A stretch of 64,000 nucleotides of DNA, filler included, from Asterionella formosa (lineage: Eukaryota), in assembly GCA_002256025.1 (NCBI GenBank). It is 24 parts of 24 records of this genome, joined end to end, with 100 filler letters (N's around TTAATTAATTAA, not from the genome) between each part and the next. Parts side by side here need not be neighbours in the genome. Positions count along the whole stretch, not along the records: positions 8,698 to 27,012 come from NKIB01004081.1; 23 more parts are not named here. The stretch is one strand, 5' to 3'. The translations under genes were made by a program, and so were the position numbers. Positions 13,108 to 22,869 of the stretch are shown piece by piece; position 1 is the first letter of the stretch, and every line of letters begins with the position of its first letter. The notes under the pieces were generated by a model. The model did no database searches and was not told the DNA's origin. It saw only the letters and a program-made list of their open reading frames with translations.

Positions 13108-14169
13108 CCTGACAATGATGATTGTTGTTTTATGATGTTGACTCAATATGATGTATGCACCACACCAAGATCACATTGGCCTATAGAGTTCTACATGAAA
13201 AGACTATTGTGAATGTACTGAAATTATGTATGCACTCATTAAACTATAAACATTAGGTTGCCAGTGCGAGCCACAATCAAAACCAATAGAAATGCTCCTT
13301 TTATTTGGCTACGGTCGGAATCTAATCGACCAAATACCTGATATTTGGTCGATAAGGGGGTCATCCTCGATCAAGACCAAAGCATATTTGATCTTGGTCG
13401 ATGCGGTGGCTAAAATATTTTTGCTTTTTCGACCAACACAACGCATTATGACGTGTAATGACCCGCAACTTCAATTGGCTTGGTATTTGGTCGATGCGGT
13501 GGCGACGCTCTTATGTCCCATAATAAATTGTTTGTTCAAGCAAAATGACCGCAACTTGCCTGGTACTCCTACCAGGTAGCTGGTAGGAGTACCAGCTAAG
13601 TAGTAATTATAGACGAAGGAAACAGGGGATGTGCACGAAGCGCGCATTGAAACGGCAGAAAAACAGGCCCATGGGAGCCAATTAAAAAATACATGGCATA
13701 AATTGAAGAAGAGGTTCGAAAGCAAGCAAGCGACATGTAAAACACGCAAGAAGGTCATGGAAGAGTCGATCTGCCAGAGAACGACCATGCAGAGGGTCCA
13801 AGGCAGAAAGCTCACAATTCTGCGAATTAGCTTTCCACAAAAGCAAATTGTTGATCACCAATCTGCAAATTTATAGTCTTGAGATAAAAATTCACCCACC
13901 CAAACTCCCACCCACATCTAATGTGCAAAAATCGACTGCAGCTATGTGAAACCCAGAGGAAAAGAACTACCCAAGCTACCACCATAGCCAAATTCAAAAA
14001 CCAACTTCGAGTCTAGATAACAAGTTGGTGCAACAAATCAACCTCAACAAAGAATCAAAAGAGGAATAAAGGAACATTTGCAGAAAAGGCAGTCGAATGA
14101 GTTGGTAATTGAGTTAAAGTTCATTCGATATCATGGTTGTTAATGGTTCTATGTACATGATGTGGGATA

Positions 14170-14620
14170 TACCAGTATGTTCTTGGAACAGCATGATGAT
14201 GTTTGCCAGTGCTGCTAGGACCAGGTACCTGACTCCTACAAGGGTAGTGGCACCATAATGACAAAGATGATACACCTCCATTGTAAACAGATAAATCATG
14301 AATAACAAGTCAATTGTTGTTTTCAGCTACCTTTACTTATGTCGTAGTTTATGTCTGCTTGATGTACAATGGTTATGTACAAACAATTCAGGTTTTGATC
14401 CGGCATGAAATTATGGAGGTATTGTCACTGCAGTTGAGCGCCATTTTTCTTCCACTGATTTTCTATTTTAGATATTTTGCAATGAATATCAAAGCTATAT
14501 GAAAATTTATTTCACTGCTTGCTAGCGATACTTGTCTTAAATTAAAAATCATTTGCTTATCGTGGTTTGTTTGATGGTAATGGGAAATTTCTCATGTTTG
14601 ATTCGTCATGATTGTATTAA
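14170..14620 (+). repeat. Dispersed ~450-bp repeat; second copy at ~39930-40375
   Basis: Colinear blocks such as GTATGTTCTTGGAACA, ATTGTAAACAGAT, CAATTGTTGTTTTCAGCTAC, GCAATGAATATCAAAGCTA and AAATTTCTCATGTT occur in both copies. Confidence 0.85.
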
Positions 14621-14938
14621 TATGTTTGCACATTGACCATGCATGCTGTGTACACATTAGGAGATGCTAGAGTCCATGATACTCCAGCTTATGGGCTACT
14701 TTTACTGTTCATAGCCTGATTGTTAGACACATGGGTTTCCAGTCTAGTGCTGCCATTGGCCACTGAGTGAAGACCAACTCAACCACTACAAAACTGAGTA
14801 ATTTCATAGCACAATGCGGTTAATATCATAGGTTCAAAGTGCGCTTATGACTGACTTTATATTGCTACAGTCCTTGAGAATATATCAAGTGCAATGAAGA
14901 AGTGTTGAATAGAGAGTAATAAATGGTATTGGCTGAGT

Positions 14939-16051
14939 TTATGGTATTCGATTCAATTCTCCAACCTCTGGTAAGCAAGGAACCAGGTCCATCGCCTTTA
15001 CCTTAGTCCATCCAATTCCGCCTTTTCCTTTTATTGCTGTGTGCACCAAAATGCTAACTGTACCAAAACCGTGTTCTACCAAGAATGTACGTGCGCCAGC
15101 AAATGGGGGATGAGCAATTCCAAATTGATCGCACATGACCATGCTATGAACGCCGATACCACTTTGCCGCTTAGCTTCCAGAATTGGGACCAATTGTATA
15201 ACTGCATCCAAGGTTCCTCCAAACTCCAAGGCCTTCTTTTGGTGTGCTGACGCGTATGTTTTGTCTCTGAAATAAACGGCTGCTCCATAGGATATGGGAT
15301 GAAGATACCTTTGCCTGTCCTGTTCGGCAGCAGTTCTTGCTAGTTTCCTTAGATAATCCTCTGCGTCCATACATGCCTCTGACCATTTTGAGCCGAGGGC
15401 AACACATTCGTCCAAGGAGAGTCCAGTGTACAGCGATTGATGAGGGTACAATGCTGCAATGCTCGTAACTTTTTCCAAAAAGTCGTGAGGCATACCTCCA
15501 CAATCGTCATCCAAGTCCACGTCCTTGAAATTTCCGTGGCATCTACGGCAAACACACCCACCCAAGACAATGGGTGTCTCATTGGACATGTACGGCTTGG
15601 ATGCCATGAACTCTCTGCAGTATATTCCCGGCGTGACCGCATGTTCTGCATCAGTGACAATAACAACCTTGGTAACCTTGGCGGTCGGTATCCATCTCAG
15701 TTGTAGCAATGCGGCTCGTTCTGCGCAAATGGCACCGATCATGTTGCATGGTTCGTCGTTGGTCCCAACGAGATATCGTCGTCCATTGTCGTCAAAGCAG
15801 GATGCTACAGGAGCAGAAGTAGAGGAGGAGGATTCATTGTCCATTTCAAAAAATACCAGCGCAACAACTCGAAAGTTGGATTGAGTTGGCGCTGTCGTGA
15901 GCGACAATCGATAGCGATGTGCGAGTTTCAAGTCAGCATTGTTCCAAATGTGCCGTGCAGTGTTGTCATTGGCAGACTGCTGCATGTGCCTGGCTAATAT
16001 CGCTCTCTCCTTCCCTCGCAAATTGACATTATGCTCGAGTTTGCTCGACAT
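14939..16051 (-). CDS. Cytidine deaminase-like protein, tandem domains
   Basis: SNFRVVA, GTNDE, ICAERAAL and TPGIYCRE in domain 1. A degenerate second domain has HPISYGAAV, TLDAV and PPFAGARTFLVE. 370 aa, intronless. Confidence 0.8.
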   Translation of the reverse strand: MSSKLEHNVNLRGKERAILARHMQQSANDNTARHIWNNADLKLAHRYRLSLTTAPTQSNFRVVALVFFEMDNESSSSTSAPVASCFDDNGRRYLVGTNDEPCNMIGAICAERAALLQLRWIPTAKVTKVVIVTDAEHAVTPGIYCREFMASKPYMSNETPIVLGGCVCRRCHGNFKDVDLDDDCGGMPHDFLEKVTSIAALYPHQSLYTGLSLDECVALGSKWSEACMDAEDYLRKLARTAAEQDRQRYLHPISYGAAVYFRDKTYASAHQKKALEFGGTLDAVIQLVPILEAKRQSGIGVHSMVMCDQFGIAHPPFAGARTFLVEHGFGTVSILVHTAIKGKGGIGWTKVKAMDLVPCLPEVGELNRIP

Positions 16052-16918
16052 TATGTTTAATTATGCCTTGGATATAGTGTCAAAGTCTCGACTTCGACAG
16101 TGATGACGGTCGATTAATCGACAGATGGAACGAAAGAAGGCACGAAAGCAAATATCTGTGATGCTGACATACAAACCTGAAAAGTGGACTGAATGTATTT
16201 ATGTATTTATACCGGATACCGGTATGTCCAGCCGTATTCATTTGTGTATGCATCAATCCATATACCTGTACGAATATGTACGGGTATTCATCATGTATGT
16301 ACCAAGCAATGTACCAGGTACCAGGTACCAATATGCAAGTGGTGCACCTAAGATAGATATGATATACCAGAAAGCAATGAACTGATAAAACGATGACGCC
16401 TACATACGGTACCAAAAAGATGATTGCTTTGTTACGTTGCTGTTACTACGCACATTTGCCTACAGCCATACCAGGTACCTGGTAACCAAATGTAGCATCA
16501 TGGGTTTAGTAGCTCCTCAAGCATGTTCTAGTACGTAAGTACAAGAGTACCTGGTACCAGAATAAAATTGCACAATACATGTACCGTCACAAATGTATCA
16601 GGTAGTCTACTCCCTCTGTCAGGTTGGAGTACCGGTATGCATTTACAAAATACTCGTTTGTCAGCAATCTCAAAACAAACATCGCTCGTCATGGGCAATT
16701 TAAAAGATACACCGGAGGGGTTGATGGCGTGAAGTTCCTTCCCTCTGTTTAGGGAATTAAGACGAGTACATGTTATTTTTGAATATAGTTTGTATTCTTT
16801 TCAATTCACCAGGAACTTTCACATCATTTCACACATTATAGCTATTATACATGATGATTGTATTAGAGGCCGGACCACTTCAACTTTAGTACATGCCGGT
16901 CAATATATAGCAACTCCT

Positions 16919-17968
16919 TTACAGTATCTCTTTCACACCATCATATACCACCAACAAGAGCGCTGCTCCAATGCTTCTTACTAAATTGGGTCCTATCCCC
17001 AAGAAAAAGCCTCGTACTCCTTCGTCTACTGCAATGACTCGCATCGCGTGTATAGAGTTCCGGTACAGCCTCTCGTTTCGCGGCACACCCGCCTGCATCA
17101 TCATGCGCCGTCGGACACTGTCAATAGGATAACACACGGTCCCCGCCAGGAGTGAAACGGTCTGCGCCACAACAAGTCGTTCGGCCCAGGATAGGTCGGT
17201 CGATTGTTTGTAATGAGCAATTTGCATCTTCAGCGCATCGTACCCACCAAGATGCAATCCACGATATATAAATACGCCAAGGAGGGCAATGCCGTACCCT
17301 TGGTACATTCCCTTGATGCCGTCTGTCTTGAGCGTCGACATAATGACATGCTTCATACCGGTCCGTCCAGATGACTCCATAGCCAATTTGGTGCGCAGGA
17401 ACTCAATGGGATACAAGACTGTGGTGCAGGTTCCGCCAGCGAGTCCACCCGAGATAAAGGCAGCTCCCATCTTTGAATTGTGCGTGTCGGTAAATGCTGC
17501 CGACATTGATTTGTAATAATCCATAAGCATAAAGTTCAAGGCCACTGTTCCAGCTTGGCGAATGACATTAGGACCATTTCCTCTCCAAAAGCTGAGAATT
17601 CCTTGTTCTCTGTAAATGGTTGTCGTCACTTGCCATGCCGTCTTGGAGGAAGGACCTCCCAGTTGGAGTAGTAACTTGACGCGTTCAATTGGAGCGACGA
17701 GTGTTTTGGCCATGGCACCCGCGCATCCTCCTGCAACTGCTTCTTTCCATCGACGTGACGATGACGGCGTCTCTAGTATGCTAGCATTACTTTTCTTAAT
17801 ATTAATGGCCCTAGTGTTTGATGACATGCTGGTGTTGTTGTCAACAACTAGGGCTGCATGTTGAAGGGGAGAGTCGGCCGCACAAGCAGTTGCAGCTGAC
17901 GCTGCTACTTGAGAGCTGCAATTGCTGACTAATACGGATTCAACAACAAGTGTATGCCTCCTCATCAT
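16919..17968 (-). CDS. Mitochondrial ADP/ATP carrier (SLC25/ANT family)
   Basis: Three carrier repeats (APIERVK, YPIEFLR, YPIDSVR), SFWRGN and the ANT signature RRRMMM. Confidence 0.92.
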   Translation of the reverse strand: MMRRHTLVVESVLVSNCSSQVAASAATACAADSPLQHAALVVDNNTSMSSNTRAINIKKSNASILETPSSSRRWKEAVAGGCAGAMAKTLVAPIERVKLLLQLGGPSSKTAWQVTTTIYREQGILSFWRGNGPNVIRQAGTVALNFMLMDYYKSMSAAFTDTHNSKMGAAFISGGLAGGTCTTVLYPIEFLRTKLAMESSGRTGMKHVIMSTLKTDGIKGMYQGYGIALLGVFIYRGLHLGGYDALKMQIAHYKQSTDLSWAERLVVAQTVSLLAGTVCYPIDSVRRRMMMQAGVPRNERLYRNSIHAMRVIAVDEGVRGFFLGIGPNLVRSIGAALLLVVYDGVKEIL

Positions 17969-18016
17969 AATTGCTAGTGCGATGTGTTATTGAGTTGTTA
18001 TTATTTTGGCAGAATG

Positions 18017-18043
18017 AAAGAGAGAGAGAGAGAGAGAGCGAGA
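18017..18043. repeat. (GA)n microsatellite
   Basis: gagagagagagagagagagcgagag read directly. Confidence 0.85.
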
Positions 18044-19117
18044 GGGTTGGATTCTGGGAATTTCGGGCAATATGTGATGAATGATAGTTGTTTATTATTT
18101 GTTGTCTTTTCTGTTCCACAGTGCTTCTTTATTACTCCTACACCGGTATCGGTAATTTTTGGAGGAGTATCAGGCCCCTGTACCAGGGTACCACTACCTG
18201 GTACCTACTTGTATATTATTTACCGTGATGTCTGTTTTTGGATTCTTGAAATGTGATGCAGTGGCAGGTGTTTTTACATACTGGTATGTAGTGTATTGTG
18301 CCGACGAAGTGGTGACGTAAGCAAACGCAGTGCTGTTTTGTGACAAAAGCAATTCACACCAGCCAATCATGTAGCGTATGGTACTCCAAAGTACCTGATA
18401 GTCTAGTAGATTACAACTAGCAGAGTACTAGGTACCTGGTACCTGGTACCAGGAACCAGGTCACCGCATGATACGATGTGTCGATGGACACGTCATACGA
18501 ATGGCTACATTCCTACCGGTACCTGTTACTGGTGCACGGATACCGGTACCTGTAGACTAGCTAGATCTACGCACGGTTACTTATTTTACTGTGTTTAGTG
18601 TTCACATGTTTACGGACGATAATGAACAATCATCAACATGCCATAATCAAGGCTGTGCATGATAATCACGGCATATGTGTACCTAAATATATAAATCAAT
18701 ATACATGAATTGATGTGCATTTGATTTGTAATTACTCCCTGATATAAATATTTGATATCAAGAAAATTGATATGTGAATAAACCAAAAATGTATATTTAT
18801 ATCTGTCCTTACATGAATAAATATATGGACAGTTGTAATGATATAGCAATTTCTTGTGCGGGTATCTTAGTGTCATGGGTGTTCAGAGGACGTACGGTAA
18901 TTTCATTGAACAGCCAGCCACCACGACAACAAAGACAAACCTCAGATCTCATAAATGATCAAGACAGGAGGAGCCAAACTACAACAAGTCACAAATTTCC
19001 GTACTGATTCCTTAGTGGCAAACAAAACTATTGCCATCAACGTCAACATATACATTCAGTAACTGTCAACGCACAGAGCAGCACTGTAACTCCACAATCG
19101 GTCATCTCAGAGACTTC

Positions 19118-20452
19118 ATGAACCTATCGTTCGTCATCTGGTGCTCGCTTCTAGCCCTCCCACCTGCGCTAGCCTTCGTCGCCCCTCCTCCTGTGATTTC
19201 GAAGCCCTCGCCGTCGTCCATCCACAGCACAACGACAGACACAATGTCCTATCTCGACGCCATTCCCCAGGGACCTCCAGACGCCATTCTCGGGATTGCT
19301 CAAGCGTTTGGTGCCTCGAAAGCGCCCAATAAGGTCAACGTCTGCGTCGGCGCATATCGTGACGAAAACGGCATTCCATGGGTGTTGCCCAGCGTCAAGG
19401 CCGCAGAAGAGAAACTGCTCGGAACTAACAAGGAGTACCTACCCATTGAAGGCGACGGGCTATTCATTGACAAGGCGCTTCGCTTCGCCTATGGGGCGAA
19501 TGCGGATTTGACCAAGCTGGCTGGTGTGCAGTCTCTGTCCGGGACGGGGGCTTGCCGCGTGGGCGGAGCGTTTTTGGCGCGCTTCTTCCCGGACAAGGAG
19601 ATTTACATTCCAAACCCAACGTGGGGCAATCACATGTCCATCTTCAAAGACGCGGGCTTGGCGTTTAAGCGGTATAGATATTATAGTCGGAAGACGAATG
19701 GACTGGACTATGAGGGACTCATTCAAGATATCACTGCGGCTAATGACGGAAGCATCATCTTGTTGCACGCATGTGCTCATAATCCCACTGGATGTGATCC
19801 CACCCAGGACCAGTGGAAGAAAATCGCTGCACTTTGTCAGAGAAAGAACCATATTGTGTTTTTTGATTCGGCATATCAAGGCTTTGCTTCGGGTGACGCT
19901 GAAAAAGATGCATTCGCACTGCGCTACTTTGTGGATCAGGATATTCCTGTGCTATTGGCACAATCATTCGCAAAGAACTTTGGCCTTTATGGTGAACGTT
20001 GTGGAACATTTTCCATCGTGTGTCGAGATGAAACTCAGAGAGACGTTATCATGTCACAACTCAAATTGGTCATTCGTCCCATGTACTCGTCGCCTCCTAA
20101 ACACGGGGCTGCCATTGTCAGAACAGTCTTGTCAGATGAAACGCTGACAGCACAGTATTACACTGAGTGTCAACTCATGGCATCGCGTATTCAAAAAATG
20201 AGAACTGCTTTGGTGGAGACGCTGGCGACTGTTGGGAGCACACATGACTGGTCTCACGTGTCTGCGCAGATTGGGATGTTTGCTTATACTGGCATGAATG
20301 AGGACATGTGCGATGCATTGACAAGGGACTATGCCATTTATTTGACGAGGGATGGGCGGATCAGTATTGCAGGGTTGAATGACGGAAATGTGGAGTATGT
20401 GGCCAAGGCGATCCACTCAGTGACGGATGGAAAGAGTATTACTGGGGAGTAG
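19118..20452 (+). CDS. Aspartate aminotransferase (class I, PLP) with a probable plastid presequence
   Basis: PPDAILG, VGAYRD, QSLSGTGA, HACAHNPTG, FDSAYQGF, QSFAKNFGLYGER, QIGMF, DGRIS. First ATG at 19118 gives MNLSFVIWCSLLALPPALA-FVAP. Confidence 0.95.
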   Translation: MNLSFVIWCSLLALPPALAFVAPPPVISKPSPSSIHSTTTDTMSYLDAIPQGPPDAILGIAQAFGASKAPNKVNVCVGAYRDENGIPWVLPSVKAAEEKLLGTNKEYLPIEGDGLFIDKALRFAYGANADLTKLAGVQSLSGTGACRVGGAFLARFFPDKEIYIPNPTWGNHMSIFKDAGLAFKRYRYYSRKTNGLDYEGLIQDITAANDGSIILLHACAHNPTGCDPTQDQWKKIAALCQRKNHIVFFDSAYQGFASGDAEKDAFALRYFVDQDIPVLLAQSFAKNFGLYGERCGTFSIVCRDETQRDVIMSQLKLVIRPMYSSPPKHGAAIVRTVLSDETLTAQYYTECQLMASRIQKMRTALVETLATVGSTHDWSHVSAQIGMFAYTGMNEDMCDALTRDYAIYLTRDGRISIAGLNDGNVEYVAKAIHSVTDGKSITGE

Positions 20453-20684
20453 GTTGCTGAGAAGTACTCCTAGTTTTGATTGCATTTAGCCATAATATTA
20501 GTTAAACATAATCGCGAGTGGATACATTATATGCATGCTTGCTCGGCAATAAAATCTAGATTTATTTAGAGTTATGTAGTATGATGATATACACTATGAG
20601 GGACAACTATGGGTGGTTAGCTACAACGAGGAGCGACAGGTTGTATAAACTTGCACCACGCGATTGAATAGAGAGCCGATAACA

Positions 20685-21806
20685 TTATTCCAAACCCAAA
20701 CTCTTTGCGGTTGGTGGAGTTGGAATGATACCGCCAGGATTAAGTGGAAAGAGCTGTGCATAATAACTCCCACATGCTTGCGCCAGATCAATCGACTCTG
20801 GAACACCTTCCAAATTCCAACACTGCTTCAACCACCGAAATAAATTAGGATAGTCCTTGATTCTAGCCACACCTCCAGCCTTGAATAGAGGAGCATAGGC
20901 AGCATCGAAGCGCAATATTGTAGGCAAAAGGCGAAGATCTGCTTCGGTAAAGGTTGAGCCACATAAAAAGTCTTGTTGAGAAAGAACTTCATTGCACATT
21001 TCCAAGCCTTGTAGGACTTTGTTGGATGCTTCGTCATAGGCATTTTGAGTTGTACTAAAACCACACCGATAAACTCCATTGTTAAGAAGTTCATAGGTCC
21101 ATTTATTGGTTTCATCAATCAATTCAACAAGGGAAGGGGGGACCAAATCACGTCGTGTTTGGTCACTGCCAAAGTTGCATTCGTTGAGCATTCTCACAAT
21201 ATCTGAAGACTCATTGGATACAATTTTTTTGCTTTTCTTATCAACTAGAAGTGGTGCCGTACACCTACCCTGAAAGCTTGGAGAGAGCATGTCGTAAACT
21301 CCCCTCAAATCAAATGCAGAAAAGAGTGGGTCTGGATCACTTTGACTCAAAATCCAGCCTCCTCTGGTAGCCTTGGTAGGATCATCGATCAATTGAGTGA
21401 CAGAAAGTTCAATGTTGCTGATTCCTCTTAGATTGAGAGCTAACTTCACTCGATGACACCAAGGACACGGACCTCCTAGATACACATGATAGCGACCCGG
21501 TTCGTCGGGAAAGTCCATCGACCCTATTCGTCCACTAAACGAATAATTCGGACGCTCGTAATTTCCTTTCTTGTCTTGAGGAGCTAATTCTGCCATCATA
21601 CGTCTCCAAAGGAGCTTCCATCCTCCCTTGACAGTTGCAACTAGTGGGCCTTGGGGAATCAAGGCTTGTTCGAGGAGATTAAAGCCTTTATCGACATGCA
21701 GGTTGGTTCGAATGGTGTCCTTTCTCGATAGGGTAGCAAATGCAGTGCAATGGTTCCATCGTACTAGTAGGAGAAGAAGTGCTAGGTACATCCTGAAAGT
21801 TCTCAT
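20685..21806 (-). CDS. Glutathionyl-hydroquinone reductase (Xi-class GST, YqjG/ECM4-like) with a probable plastid presequence
   Basis: GRYHVY, CPWCHR, TAPLLVDKK..IVSNESSDI, NNGVYRCGFSTTQ.AY, RFDAAY, NPGGIIP. N-terminus LLLLLVRWNHCTA-F. Confidence 0.9.
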   Translation of the reverse strand: MRTFRMYLALLLLLVRWNHCTAFATLSRKDTIRTNLHVDKGFNLLEQALIPQGPLVATVKGGWKLLWRRMMAELAPQDKKGNYERPNYSFSGRIGSMDFPDEPGRYHVYLGGPCPWCHRVKLALNLRGISNIELSVTQLIDDPTKATRGGWILSQSDPDPLFSAFDLRGVYDMLSPSFQGRCTAPLLVDKKSKKIVSNESSDIVRMLNECNFGSDQTRRDLVPPSLVELIDETNKWTYELLNNGVYRCGFSTTQNAYDEASNKVLQGLEMCNEVLSQQDFLCGSTFTEADLRLLPTILRFDAAYAPLFKAGGVARIKDYPNLFRWLKQCWNLEGVPESIDLAQACGSYYAQLFPLNPGGIIPTPPTAKSLGLE

Positions 21807-21960
21807 GACCGTGATTGACAGCTAATATAGTCGGATGTTTTACGGCTCGACTGCCATTTCTTTTTGTGCATTTGTGAAATGATGCCTGCGTCCGGCCCCC
21901 CGTACATGAAATAGAAGCAATCTTACCAGCAGGCGTTCTTACCTCTTCGGAGTACCGGTA

Positions 21961-22055
21961 TCAGAAAGTTGCGGTAGTTTTGTTGAACCGTAGATTTAGC
22001 TCACTTTATCCCAGATTAATTTGTTGATTTAAGCAAAATGACCACAACTTGCAGG
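21961..22055. mobile_element. Intact ~95-bp MITE of the CCNGCAAGTTGCGG family
   Basis: TA|TCAGAAAGTTGCGGTAGTTTTG...CTTTATCCCAGATTAA...AAGCAAAATGACCACAACTTGCAGG|TA. Aligns with the reverse complement of 42270-42369. Confidence 0.8.
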
Positions 22056-22869
22056 TATACTGGAGGTATATACGTAAGCTATGTAGGCAATCTTTTTATT
22101 GTGTGGTATCAAGGGACTGTAGTTGCCTATATGTGTACGAAGCTATACAAGCATACCCCTATCTTACACACAGATCGCTGCTTTCTTGTTTGCTAGATGG
22201 TGTCAAGTGTATGACTCGCCCTAACCCCAACTACCTGGTACCAGTACCCTGGTAGCACGGTATCTTTGACAGATGTCTGTGGTGGGATTCACAGCATTCC
22301 AGGACGAACCACGCTGTTGCAGTGCATACGACCGATCATCCTCTGATAAATGCTGCACACCACTCCTGTTGCAGTACCAGGTACTATTATTAGATCATAA
22401 ATACCGGTATCAGGAATGCATATACGGTATTCTTTTATGTACGAGTACGTCAATCATATAAATACGCATAAAAATGATTACAGCTACTAACTACCGATAA
22501 CCAAGTCGACCACCAATTTTGAGTTCGCTCACCAGAAAACCAGAAATCCTCAAGGTCCTATATATTCATTCTTCATATTCCTCTCTTGCTCAACACCAAA
22601 GTGAAATGAAAATGCAAAATCTATAATAATGATATTTCAGAACCTGACGGCACCTGGTACAGATAGTCAAGAATTTAATGAACAATGGCTTGACTCAATG
22701 TTTTGAACAGGAAGGGAACTTGCAACTGCCCAGTAATGGACTACTAAAACAAGCAATAAAGCTGATAGAGACTGCTGCATGTGCAGTGCTGAGATTTTCG
22801 AAATAAAAAATTGCTCAGGTGTATATTCATGCACGAACATAATTCTTCTTAAATCATCTATGTATTGTT

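Larger units (their letters stand above)
9479..13510. mobile_element. Full-length PIF/Harbinger DNA transposon (4032 bp)
   Basis: ~45-bp TIRs: left GAGCATCGCCACCGCATCAACCAAATACCAAAGCCAATTGCAGTTG, right reverse complement GAGCGTCGCCACCGCATCGACCAAATACCAAGCCAATTGAAGTTG. TTA duplication at 9476-9478 and 13511-13513. Contains a transposase and a convergent Myb/SANT-like ORF. Confidence 0.93.
9422..13563. mobile_element. ~105-bp CCNGCAAGTTGCGG MITE split in two (9422-9478 and 13514-13563) by the Harbinger insertion
   Basis: Joining the flanks at one TTA gives TA|CCTGCAAGTTGCGGTAATT...TGCTGAAACTAAAAG...TCCCATAATAAATTG...AAGCAAAATGACCGCAACTTGCCTGG|TA, which aligns with intact copies at 21961 and 42270. 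Confidence 0.8.

Noticed and set aside
19031..19117. Longer AAT N-terminus from the ORF track
   Set aside because: It starts at TTG. The first ATG (19118) gives a coherent presequence. Non-ATG starts in the track are unreliable for a eukaryote.
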